A stretch of DNA of 64,000 nucleotides from Stylophora pistillata (Eukaryota). The position numbers and the translations under genes were made by a program. Below, piece by piece: positions 37,801-48,499 of the stretch. Each line of letters begins with the position of its first letter. Position 1 is the first letter of the stretch. The stretch spans positions 62,382 to 126,381 of the forward strand of contig NW_019218362.1 in the NCBI RefSeq assembly GCF_002571385.2. The letters are read 5' to 3'. Under the pieces are notes generated by a model that did no database searches, was not told where the DNA came from, and was given only the letters and a program-made list of their open reading frames with translations.

Positions 37801-40110
37801 CCGTCTTGTAACGCAATCTTTGCTTCCATGGCTAATCGAAGATGGCTGACTAATGGAAGGTGAAGGGGGAAAAAGAGATTTGTACACGAAGACCGATATC
37901 CTTGTCTTGTTTCAATTGATTTCCACTTGAAAATGTTTTTATTGACGATTAAAAAGGGACGAATGGAGAAATACTGATCTTCATTTGCAAAACTCAAAAA
38001 ATTAGGCTATCGCAATTTGAATTTCGTGCTCCTAACGGCTCCTCCTATCGCGAGATGGTCGTACTGGCCCTCTGACTCCCCTCCATTTGCCTCAACTTCT
38101 TGAGCCGTCAATATCATTGACTAGAGGATCTCAGTACTGTGACATGCTCAGAGAGAGTGGTTTTCATGTACATATATGTACATTTATGTACATGTATGTA
38201 AATGTGTGTACGTGTATGTTGCGACATAACTCATCTTCCACTTCGAATTGATCCATTTTACAGTTGCTACAGTCGCGCACTAACTAGTCTTAAGCTTTAA
38301 AATTGCATTTTATTTTGCCATGGTGGATTTTCCATAAAAAAAAGCCAAAATAGCGGCGCGAGGTCTACGAGTCTGTTATACACTGGAGCTGGCGGTCGAA
38401 CCCGGAATGGAAGAGCGATTGGAAAGCGTGAAGACAAGAATTCAGCGGTTGAAGGAACGCCTTCATTTAGCGAGTCCAACACCGATGGCAAATGTTATTT
38501 TGATGGAACGACTCTTAGACTTATTCGAATGGTCTGAACAAAGAGGTATGGTAAGTGAAAGTCACTCCTCTTTGTTTACATCTTGCTCGTTCGCTCAGGC
38601 TTCTCATCTCGCCAGCGACGCGGCCACCCAAACCGACATAAACGGGTCCAATGCTTTATCGCACGTTTTGAGTTATGGGGAGAAAAAGCCTCAAAAAGGA
38701 AAAAAAAAGAGCGAAGTTCGAGAATGGGTCCCTTTGAAAGGAACATAGTTTTCTAAGTATTTTGACACGGCACTATGTAGGATATTTTTTGCCTGAACAT
38801 TTTAGACTCGCGTTGCAACGAGAAGCCTATTTCACTAGCTACTTATGAAAAGGTCGAGGTTTTCAATAGTTCTTGAGGCCCGTTCAGGCAATATAGCCGA
38901 TGATAATTTGTTTTCCATTGGATTTCAGTCCGCCAGACATGTTTCCAATCCGTGACCGAAATTATTTTATATGAGCACCCACGGGATTCGTATTTCAACA
39001 CCACATATTCCGTTGGAGAAATGGCGTGCGATTCAAATAAAAATTCTATCCAACGTGATCTCTTGTTTAATTGCAGAGGAGTTCTTGTATAAGTGTCACA
39101 TGAAATCCCGTAGACAAAACGTCGAAGAAACTAACCACTTTATTACAACAATACAAAACCGGTATGAGAAGAGGATTTTTGTGAAAGATAATAAAGGTCA
39201 TAAAAGCTAGTCCTCACCGCTAGCCCTCTGGCCGTTTGCCTTCCTTACAGAAATGACATCGCAAGCGGGTTTACATTCTGTGGAGCCAACTGAGTGGAGC
39301 CGATCATCTTTTCTTTGCCGTAAACGAAAATGGCAAAATTCGTAGAAGTTTGAGATATGCACTGGCTGCAAGTGACCTTTCGGTTACAATAGTTTTGCCG
39401 ATATCGCACGGTCACGGACTGGTTGATGTCGACAGTTCGGTGTCAGGGGTGAAATGACTGAGGGCTTGCCCAGGGCAAAAGTCCTTTTATAGTCAGGGTC
39501 CTTGTTTAAGGTAGTTTGGCAAATGTAGTCAGTGGTCTAAAGGATTGGAAGGAGGGGAAAGATTGGTTGTTCAAGAGGGTACACTTATTTATCAACTTCT
39601 GGCTAATAGAAGGAGTCTTTTCCAGGAGGGAGAGATTAACTTGAGGATTTAGAGTGTAACCTCTCAGTAAGGAAAGTGCTGTGACATAATTCTAATGAAT
39701 TAATCTCTCACAAACATTATCTTGTGCTTAGAGCAAAAACATTCCAAACTCTGAGATACCACACAAATTTCAATCTATCTCCAGAGCCTTGTACCTTGGC
39801 AACTGTGAAAATTCTAAATTTTTGAAATTTAGCATCTACCCGCCATCTTGACAGTCAAGGCAAAGATCATTCTATTTTAAATCAGTTCAAAATTAAAGAT
39901 AAATTACCTGAGGCTCCTGTACATACTCGAGTAAATGGGTAGACCGCGTTCGTCTATACCAGTGTTTTCATTGAAAACCCATGTTCCTCCTAAGGAAGAA
40001 GCTTGTTCGAACACAGACACGTCGAAAATATCCACCTGACTTGTAAGATGACGAGCAACCGCCAGACCTGCGCCTCCAGCGCCGATAACACACACACGTA
40101 GCAGCTTCAT
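34815..40110 (-). CDS. flavin-containing monooxygenase (class B, soluble GS-OX/insect FMO-like), 3 exons, 425 aa
   Basis: Exons 40110-39908, 36911-36636, 35613-34815 are in phase. FAD motif GAGGAG, GGTW, SSMYRSLRTNLPKEVMAFPDFPF, FMO signature FGGLVMHSHDYR, NADPH motif GAAASG, ILFCTGY. No C-terminal membrane anchor. Confidence 0.95.
36225..36618. mobile_element. piggyBac-like MITE (TTAACCCTTT..AAAGGG) with a nested CAGGG-type MITE (36411-36587)
   Basis: Outer ends ttaaccctttta / tcaaagggtcaa. The inner element matches 5409-5585. Confidence 0.7.
37466..37625. mobile_element. head-to-head pair of degenerate hammerhead-element fragments
   Basis: An inverted then a direct copy of the family sequence (aaattggcc..aaaagctga..ttagcccttc / ctctgacaaaggactaatgctc..ggccaatttac) form a long palindrome. 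Confidence 0.75.
37761..39509. mobile_element. 1.75-kb TTAA-flanked DNA transposon derivative (Kolobok-like, unclassified) in FMO intron 1
   Basis: TTAA-acaaggaccctgactgtaaaagg ... ccttttatagtcagggtccttgt-TTAA. It contains the short ORF start MEERLESVKTRIQRLKERL (38407). Confidence 0.85.
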
Positions 40111-40862
40111 CTTCGATGAAATTGGTCTTCAACCTTCACGTAAAATTTCGCCGATTACACTCCCGTGAAATTGATGGGTTGAGCCACCAGTTCGAAATGA
40201 TTATGCAACTTTAGACGACGTACTACTGCCGGCCATGTTGAAACAGGTTGGTGAGCGGCCTGGGAGAGAATTGCCAGGGGACACTCGGAAACATGCTCGG
40301 AAAGTTTGTACGGTACGACTCGCAAAGTCTTCGGACATTCTGCACCTCGGTTCAGTAGTTCGAAGGCCTGATCATCAAATTAAAGACAAAGATAATTGTA
40401 CTGAACTTTCTTCTAAAGCTTTCAGATCTGAAATCAGAATTCCCACCAACTCTGGGTTATCTAACCCAGCTTTGAACAGCCCGGCCCTCTGATCTCTTGG
40501 CGAGAGTAAAGAACCGAGAAAAAAAACAAGGACTGGATCAGGTGGTTTTTAGCGTTTTTTTTTTTTTTTTTTAACATATACATAGAAGATATCACACGGT
40601 GGCGAGAAGATACTTTTGGTTAAACTTTTTCCTAGTTTAACCAAACTTGAAAGACTAGAACCAACAAGGATTATTAATAAGTAACTTTATTTACAATAAC
40701 ATTGTTATACAAGAGCGCGTACAAAATAAATACTATAATATAAACTATAATTGCTTAAATAATACTCTAGACTCAGTCATGCGGTCTTTTGGTAGGGCGA
40801 GGTACAGCAAACAGGTACTAAACATCTACAGCTAAAATGTTGATTTTTATTGTTTATTGAGG

Positions 40863-42165
40863 TTAAATTCGTCTGTCACTTCCAGACGAACTGCGGAGCA
40901 AGCTACGAATTTGTCGGATTCCACGACGGAACTGACCCGAAGCTCTCCGGAAGCTACGCGACACTTTCCGCCTAACTGTTTTGAAGGACCCTTTCTTTTC
41001 CGGTCGTTTTCTGGCAATACTGCATCCGACATTAGGTGATAGAGTGGGACCAAGCTCAAAAATTGGGGGAGAATCCGGTGAGTCAGACTGGAAAGTGGTT
41101 TGTTGAAGCTGCTTAGAGATTCGCTCGTCGAGTTTCTTCAAGAAGCAGTCAGATGTGTTGGCACCAGTTTCAGTTTCAAAAGCTGTCGCTTGTTGAAGGG
41201 CGTTCTTTTCTTTATTTTCTGCCCAGTAATGGTTTCCCTCCCCATTAAACAGAATCTTGAGGCAGTTGATTCGTTCCCACATGATGGCTACATGTATGGG
41301 TGTTATGCCTTCTGAAGAAGGAACGTTGGGGTTACCACCATAGTCTAACAAGAGGCGGGTGAAACGGAGATTGAGAGGAGAGTCTAATCCCACTGCAATA
41401 TGGAGTGCACTTAATCCATTCACCAACAAATTGGGGTCTGCACCCCGCTTCAAGAGAGTCACAGCACGTCTGTTGGGAAAAGTCACAAAGTAAGACTTAC
41501 GACCATGCCGTAATTGAGACATTCTGGCATCTTACTGTAAATAATGCTTCATAGGAAATTTTCTTTCCAGCACTTGTTTATAAAGAAATTGTTGAGCTAT
41601 ACTTACCTAATATTTTCGTTTTCTATAGCATATTTTAGCTCGTGCGTTATTCTCTCAATATCCATGATGTGACTGCTAAAACAGGAAAGCATGAGTACGC
41701 AAGTAATTAACAATGAAAAACAAAAACATACCAAATGAAAAAATTTCACAATAACGAGAATGCTTCTATATAGAAAAGAAATACTCTGACAAAACATCAT
41801 CATTGTAGGTGGATAATGTTTAACTCTTATAGTACTTGTCACTGTAAGCTCTATCACGGAGTGATGCAATAGTAGAACAGACGATGCTCTTTTTTTCACC
41901 TGTCCTTGCTGTATAGTTTGGCAGAAGTTTTCGAAGATTGTTTCTTTTGGTAGTGAGGAATAATTTCTTCCGCCTTAGAGTACACGTGGTCTACAGACGA
42001 CTCAGTGGTACAAGAGTGTGTCGTTGAAGGTGAAATTGATGATCGCACTGACACTGAGATTGATGTTAAAGATGAGTTCTTTGAAATTGATTTTGAATTG
42101 TCCCAAGCCGGGGCATCTTGTGTGCGGGAGTCTTTTTCGTTAGCATCTTGCCTCGCTTTCTTTAT
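40863..42165 (-). CDS. ankyrin-repeat protein similar to the ANKLE1 N-terminus, lacking LEM and GIY-YIG; 5' end unresolved
   Basis: Exons 42165-41900, 41675-41607, 41469-40863 are in phase. LLKRGADPNLLVNGLSALHIAVG..LLLDYGGNPNVPSSEGITPIHVAIMW, then a basic tail and stop. First in-frame ATG is at 41665. AATAAA lies near 40690. Confidence 0.8.
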
Positions 42166-42537
42166 CTGGAAGTAGTAAAGGAGTCCTTAACGGTTCAGTT
42201 ATGGAAAAATGGTAAGAAACACGTCGAAACTCTACCTCAAGCAATCTTTTTCACTTCACTTGTATGCCAAAATTAAGTGCGAAAAAGCAGTCACTATCAT
42301 ATGTAGCACGAGGCCCTCGTGCACATTTATTGGGCGATTGACCAATGGCGATGCCTCTTTGCTTCCCGTTCGCGGGACCTATTCTGATAACCTGTAACCG
42401 GGTTCATCAAAATAGTGTTATTAATTCTCTAATGGGGCTGTTCAAGGTGGATGAACACAGTTTTTGGTACCTGTGTTTCACTCACCTTTTTCTCTAAAAT
42501 CCTTGATCCTTCGGTCGCCAAAAATGGCAGCAAGCAA

Positions 42538-44920
42538 GTTAGCAACACAAACTTTGTTTCTTTATAGTTAAACTGACGTATTTGCCGTTGCCATGGCAAC
42601 ATGAAAAGTATAAATTGGCTTTTAAAATCGGTTTTGTTTATTTGTAGAAAATCTAGTCATTAGATTTTCTTTAAAATTTGCATGCAACGAGCTTGTAACG
42701 ATACTCACAAGTTGACACCATTTTGCTAACAATTCAACAGAGATCTTTAATTATCCCTTGTCGAAGGTTCACTCGATTTTCTAGAATTTCCTTTGTTTAA
42801 AATCAATTTTTATTCAATACTCCAGTTACTTATTTCCTAAAGTATTTTCGTGCCAAATTTCGTGAAATTCTAATCAGTGGTTCTCAAGAAATAGGCATAT
42901 TTCCGAGAGAGCAATTTGCCATTAATTCAATCGCAAATTTTTTACTTACTACGCATGCGCTTCATTTAACTGGGTTCTTTCGGTAATGACGAAAAAGCTG
43001 AAAATTGCTGGGTTCTTTGCACCGTTAACTTTTCTAACATATCTTTGTAATAAAAGATTAAAGCCTTCAATACACTGCGCCAACTATAGAGAAAAATATA
43101 GCACAGATAGTGCTGGTACGTGTTGAGTAAATAAAATGACCGCTCTCAGTAGCCCATTACGCGGAGCTTCCATCTTCCATACTGACCCTCTGAGCCAACC
43201 CTGTCCCGTATCCTTCTATTTTTAGAAGCACCTCCCACGGCGGTTTTCACGGGTGTTTTTTTAATAGCCAATCATAAGAGAGCTGTCGTCTCTATTGTGT
43301 TACGTCTCTATTGTGTCACTTGCAGGCCGCACGAAATTATTTCAATAATGGCGGAAAGTGCAGAAAGATTAAAGAATCCCCGCAAATATCTCAGTTCTAA
43401 AAATAAAAAGATACGGGACAGGGTTGACTCAAGGGTACAACTGAGATGGAAGCTCCGGGTAATGGGCTCCTGCCGCTCTATTGACGGCATGTTGGTCTTT
43501 TACAATCCCTATGCGCGCGCTGAATTGCATCAGCAAAAGCGCGCGCGGAAACTGTGTTCAGTAACCTTAACTTGGTTCTTTCGGTAACAACGAAAAAGCT
43601 GAGAATTACTGGGTTCTTTGCACTATTACCTTTTCTAACATAGCTTTGTAATAAAAGATTAAAGCCATCAATATACTGCGTCAACTAAAGATAATAGCAC
43701 AGATAGCGCGGGTACGGGTACGTGTTGAGTAAATAAAATGACCGCTCTATTGACGGCATGTTTGTTTTTTGCAGTCTTTGTGCGCGCGCTGAATTGCATC
43801 AGCAAAAGCGCGCGCGAAAACTGTGTTCGGCCACCTTAATCAGCAAAGGTCAGCAAAGGCACGCGCACTTTTGCTGATGCAACTCAGCGCGCGCACAAGG
43901 ATTGCAAAAAACAAATACGCCGTCGATAGAGCGGTCATTTTCTTCATGCAACACGTCTCCATACTATCTGTGCTACTTTTCTCTATAGTTGGCGCAGTGT
44001 ATTAAGGGCTTTAATCTTTTATTACAGACATGTTAGAAAAGTTATCGGTGCAAAGAACCCAGCAATTCTCAACTTTTTCGTCGCTACCGAAAGAACCCAG
44101 TTAAATGTAGCGCATGCGTAGTAAGTAAAAAAACTGCGATTGAATGGAAAGTTGCTCTCTCGAAAATATGCCTATTTCTCGAGAACCACTCATTAGAATT
44201 TCACGAAATTTGGCACGAAAATACTTTAGGAAATAAGTAACTGGAGTATTGAAAAGAATTGATTTTTGATAAAGGAAATTCTAGATAATCGAGTGAACTT
44301 TCAACAAGGGATAATTGAGGATCTCTCTGTTAAATTATTAGCAAAATGGCGTTAACTTATGAGTATCGTTACAAGCTTGTTGCATGCAAATTATAAAGAA
44401 AATCTAATGACTAGATTTTCTACGAATAAACAAAACCGATTTTAAAGGCCCCCCTCCCGGTTAGCTCAATGGATAGAGCGCTGGACTGATGTGCGGGAGG
44501 TCGACGGTTCGAGCTCCGACCGAACCAACACTCAAGGTCTTATAATAATTGAGAAGAATATGCTGCCTTTCTATAACATCAAGAAATGGTTTAGATATTC
44601 TAGTCTTCTCGGATAGGGACGAATAAATGGAGGTCCCGTCTCCTGCAGGGTTAGGGGTAGGAGACGTTAATTTCCCACGCACGAGATTACTCTGTGATGG
44701 ATGGGTGGGTTGTTGTGCAGTGTTTCATACATGAGCATCTGGCTCGGGAATATGGGTAACCATGCCCCAAGTAAAGACATTAAACTTTGATTACTATTAC
44801 TATTACTATTACTATTACTATTACTATTACGTAAAGGCCTGTTTATATTTATTCATTTCGCCATGGCAACGACACATACGTCAGCTTAACTATGAAAAAA
44901 ACAAAGCTTGTGTTGTTAAC
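42538..44920. mobile_element. foldback DNA element with ~600-bp inverted arms and an internal ~270-bp duplication
   Basis: 42538-43146 is the reverse complement of 43930-44450 plus 44840-44920. A direct internal copy lies at 43472-43830. Confidence 0.9.
44451..44831 (+). mobile_element. tRNA-derived SINE with (TTACTA)n tail, inserted in the foldback arm
   Basis: A-box TAGCTCAATGG, B-box GGTTCGAGCTCC, a simple-repeat tail, and TSD TAAAGGCC at 44443-44450 and 44832-44839. Confidence 0.9.
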
Positions 44921-46271
44921 ACAAACATTAACACATTAACACATACTTCCTTATTGAAGGAAGCAGAGGTAACTTTTTTGCTAACTGAGTCTATATGCAG
45001 GTGATATCAGCAATCTGGAAATGCTCTGAAAATGCGTCTTAAAATGATTTTAGATTCGGATGTATATAGGTAACAAAACATTACACGTCCACTTTTCGTT
45101 ACGAAGTCATCTTCTCGTGTTTAACATATCTCTGACGAGTAAGCCAAGTCAGAGATCCTGTCAACCGGAGAAGATGAAATTGGTATCCGCCCATGGCCTT
45201 GCGATACCCTCTGTTTTTTTTTTACCTTTCTTTCCACCTGTTTGAAATAATCACACTGTTTACATCCACACTTGTTCACTTCCCATTCGTTGCAGGCTCC
45301 CTCAGGTCTGGCAGTTGGCTTCGATTCTCTTTCTTCCGCTTTATATTTTAGAGAGAGATAATCAAAATTTATCTCTATATAATTTCCCACTGCCATCAAT
45401 TGAAAAAATAACCACTGGACGCACTTTTGCTTTGTACGATATTATTATTTCATCGTTGACATGATGCATGGTATAAAAAGGCCTTTTTGAGAATATATCT
45501 ACAGTATTTGTAATGTGGATTGACCTACAGATGTGTAACCCTGGACCACGTTCATCTGCAAGTGTCTTACTGCAAAGCTTTCATTTATGTCTCTCCCTCT
45601 ATAACTGTATTTTGTCCACAGTACGACCTTTTCCACACTTTAGGCTTCGTTCTTTCGCATGAATATGAGTGCCTATATTACAAATTTCGGCTTTTCTGGT
45701 TTTTACTCGCTAAGGTCATGTACGATCTTACTACGTGCAGCATGCAACATTCTTTACCTCGACTGTCTTGAACAAACTAACCTTTTATTCCAACAGACAC
45801 CTTCCGGTTTGTCATCCATCTTCTCCTGAAACCAACCAAAAAAAATTATATAGACACTTGCTAAGGCGTGAGACCGTCTAATACATTCTGCCAACATTAC
45901 GCAAGATGTGTTTAATATATTCACTATGTAAGCGGAATTTCCCCTTGGGTGTCGAAATTAATCAGTCATGGATCGCGTTCGTCATGCCTGATAGGTACAA
46001 GACTAAAATGAATCACTTTTTGGTCAGTTACGTATCCTTGCACTTGGCTAGGGTAACGTTTGTTTACTTCAAGTTCTCATAGGCTTCCTCTGTTATTTCC
46101 CTTTGTTCTACTTCACACAAGGCTCGTGCATAGCAGCCATTTATAGCAACCGCGGTTATTGATGCAGATTTCAATTCGCAGCAAGTATCACATTGTTGCA
46201 TAGCAAGTTACAAGAAAATACTTTATGTTTATTGACTATGGCTTCATTCATACTATATTTTCATTACAAAG

Positions 46272-46915
46272 TTAAAGTGCACCTAAACTCCAAATTTTTT
46301 TTCGCTTAACTAAAAATTTTATTTTTTGGAGTATTTCTGTGAAAAATTTGTTTAATTTGCTCAAATATTTAATTTTCTGTGCCCGGTCAAAATAGGGAAA
46401 ATCGGCCGCCATCTTGCCCCACGACCTAGTTTAAAGAGGAATGGTTCTAGCGGGTAATGTGATGTCAAATCGAGAACACGAAAGTCTGCATTTCACACAA
46501 TTTCACTTGTTTGGGAAGGTTGTCGTCGATATCGTCCGAAATATGCCGACTAGACGTGTTGTATGAGGAATGTATCAAGCGCGATACCCTCTGTAGCAAA
46601 TTTCCACGTTGCTACATCCTTCTATAACACACTTAGTCGGCATATTTTCGGACAATATTGACTATAACCTTCCCAAACAAGTGAAAATGTGTGAAATGCA
46701 GACTTTCGTGTTCTCGTTTTGACGTCACATTACCCGCTAGAACCATTCCTCTTTAAACTCGGTCGTGGGGCAAGATGGCGGCCGATTTTCCGTATTTTGA
46801 CTGGGCACAGAAAATTGAAGATTTGAGCAAATAAAAAAAATTTGCACAGAAATACTCCAAAAAATACGCTTATTTCGTCAAGCGAAAAAAAAATTTGGGT
46901 TAAGGTGCACTTTAA
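46272..46915. mobile_element. Kolobok-like palindromic MITE
   Basis: TTAA TSD, AG..CT termini (agtgcacct / aggtgcact), and ~300-bp inverted arms covering almost the whole element. Confidence 0.88.
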
Positions 46916-47644
46916 GGTTTATAACTTATCGTGGTCTTACCTTTTAATTTGGTTTTTGGTTTCTTTCACATCGTCTGTGGAATCCCTAAGAAAGACTAAC
47001 AAAGAGAGACAAATCAATTATTCAATCGATTTGTAACCCAACATCTACTTGTGCTGAGTAAAAACATTTACTTTGACTTTGTTAGATATTTTCTGTTACC
47101 TTTATGAGCGATGGGCTTTAGGATGTTAAGTTTCTCCGTTAGTTCCTCTCCAATCTCCTTTAAAGTCTTCTAATAGCAAGCAAATTTTACAAATACCAAG
47201 TTAACAACAGGATTCGAATGCAGTGTTCCATTAAACTCGATAAAACATCTACTATTATTATATCTATCTATTATTATACCTACCGAGTTCTTGTTGGATA
47301 AATTTTACGACATTTTGGATGGGTTCGATGCTAACGCAACTTGCTAAAGGTTGTTTCGGCGATATTTGAAATACTTTTAAATATTTAATGCTACTTTAAA
47401 GATTGGGACTCTGTCGACTTGCACAGTTTTCAAAAACTGTGTAGGCCGACAGAGTCCCAAAATTCATTTTGCTTTTATGCTCACAACCCTTAGCTTTACA
47501 GTGTCGTGAAGATATCACTCCCGTGGCTCTGACAAATCTGACGCCTCCAAAACACTCAGACCATCATTGTATTCGGTAACGCATTCATTTGGTTTGAATC
47601 AAGGAAATAGGACAGTAAGCCTTTTAACAATGTTAAAAGGGTAG

Positions 47645-47800
47645 TTTCGCTCCGACGAAGGGCTAACGCTCGAAACGTCAGCTTTTGTAATCATTACGGT
47701 GGCCAATTTACCATTTCAACTTTGTTGATATATCCAAATTATTTCGTTACTCCCACCGACGCAGCCCCAAACAGTTTCTTTCGAAACTATCAGCCTTTAT
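47645..47800 (+). mobile_element. short hammerhead-bearing retroelement (CCGACGA core variant)
   Basis: gct-CCGACGA-a-gggc(taac)gctc-GAAAC-GTC-agc plus tail. Flanked by ttaaaa(g/t)ggtag at 47633-47644 and 47800-47811. About 2 differences from the inverted copy at 60407-60562. Confidence 0.85.
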
Positions 47801-48499
47801 TAAAATGGTAGAACCATGCATTGTTGTACAACCTTTTCATTCGATGACAAAGGAGTCTTTGGCAGTTTTGGCGATGTCAAAATATCATCATTTTCGGTGA
47901 TTTCTTTCTCCACCGACCCAGTTACGTGTTTATCCTTCAAACTCCTGAAAAATATAAATGCTGTCACGAAGAGAGACACACTAGCTGCTAACAGTACGTG
48001 AAAACGACAGTTTTCCTAGGTAAACAAACTTATCTCCTGTTGCGTACATATACAAAATTTGTCTTATAGCTTGGTGAATAACAACCCTGTAGTAATTGAT
48101 ATCTGGTCTTCCATGCCATGTCAAAATTGCCTCTATGTGTATTTTAAATTAAAATATTTCGCTAAACACTAAGGCTTGAAGAGAGAAACTATGGTTTCAT
48201 ATAAGGGTAGTTACCAAACAGAATTTTTTTACTTTGATGACCACAGCGTTTTCGCACTGAAATTCCTTGAAGTTTATCACCACCTGGGACAAAACTTTTC
48301 GGGGAGCTTGGCATTTTGTTTCTTAAATTACTAATAAAATATACTAACAAACCAAACGTAAACTTATATCAAACGCAGAAGAAGTTAAAATGGTACTTAT
48401 GCCCTGGCCGCTAGCCCAATCTAGACTTCAGAATCATAACGTATAATGATAAAGTTTCTAACATGCGAGATGTATTATCAGTACAAAAATCTATTCTAC

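Noticed and set aside
44457-44522. tRNA gene
   Set aside because: It is the head of a SINE with body, simple-repeat tail and TSD.
44762-45004. Poly-Tyr ORF
   Set aside because: It is a translation of the SINE's (TTACTA)n tail.
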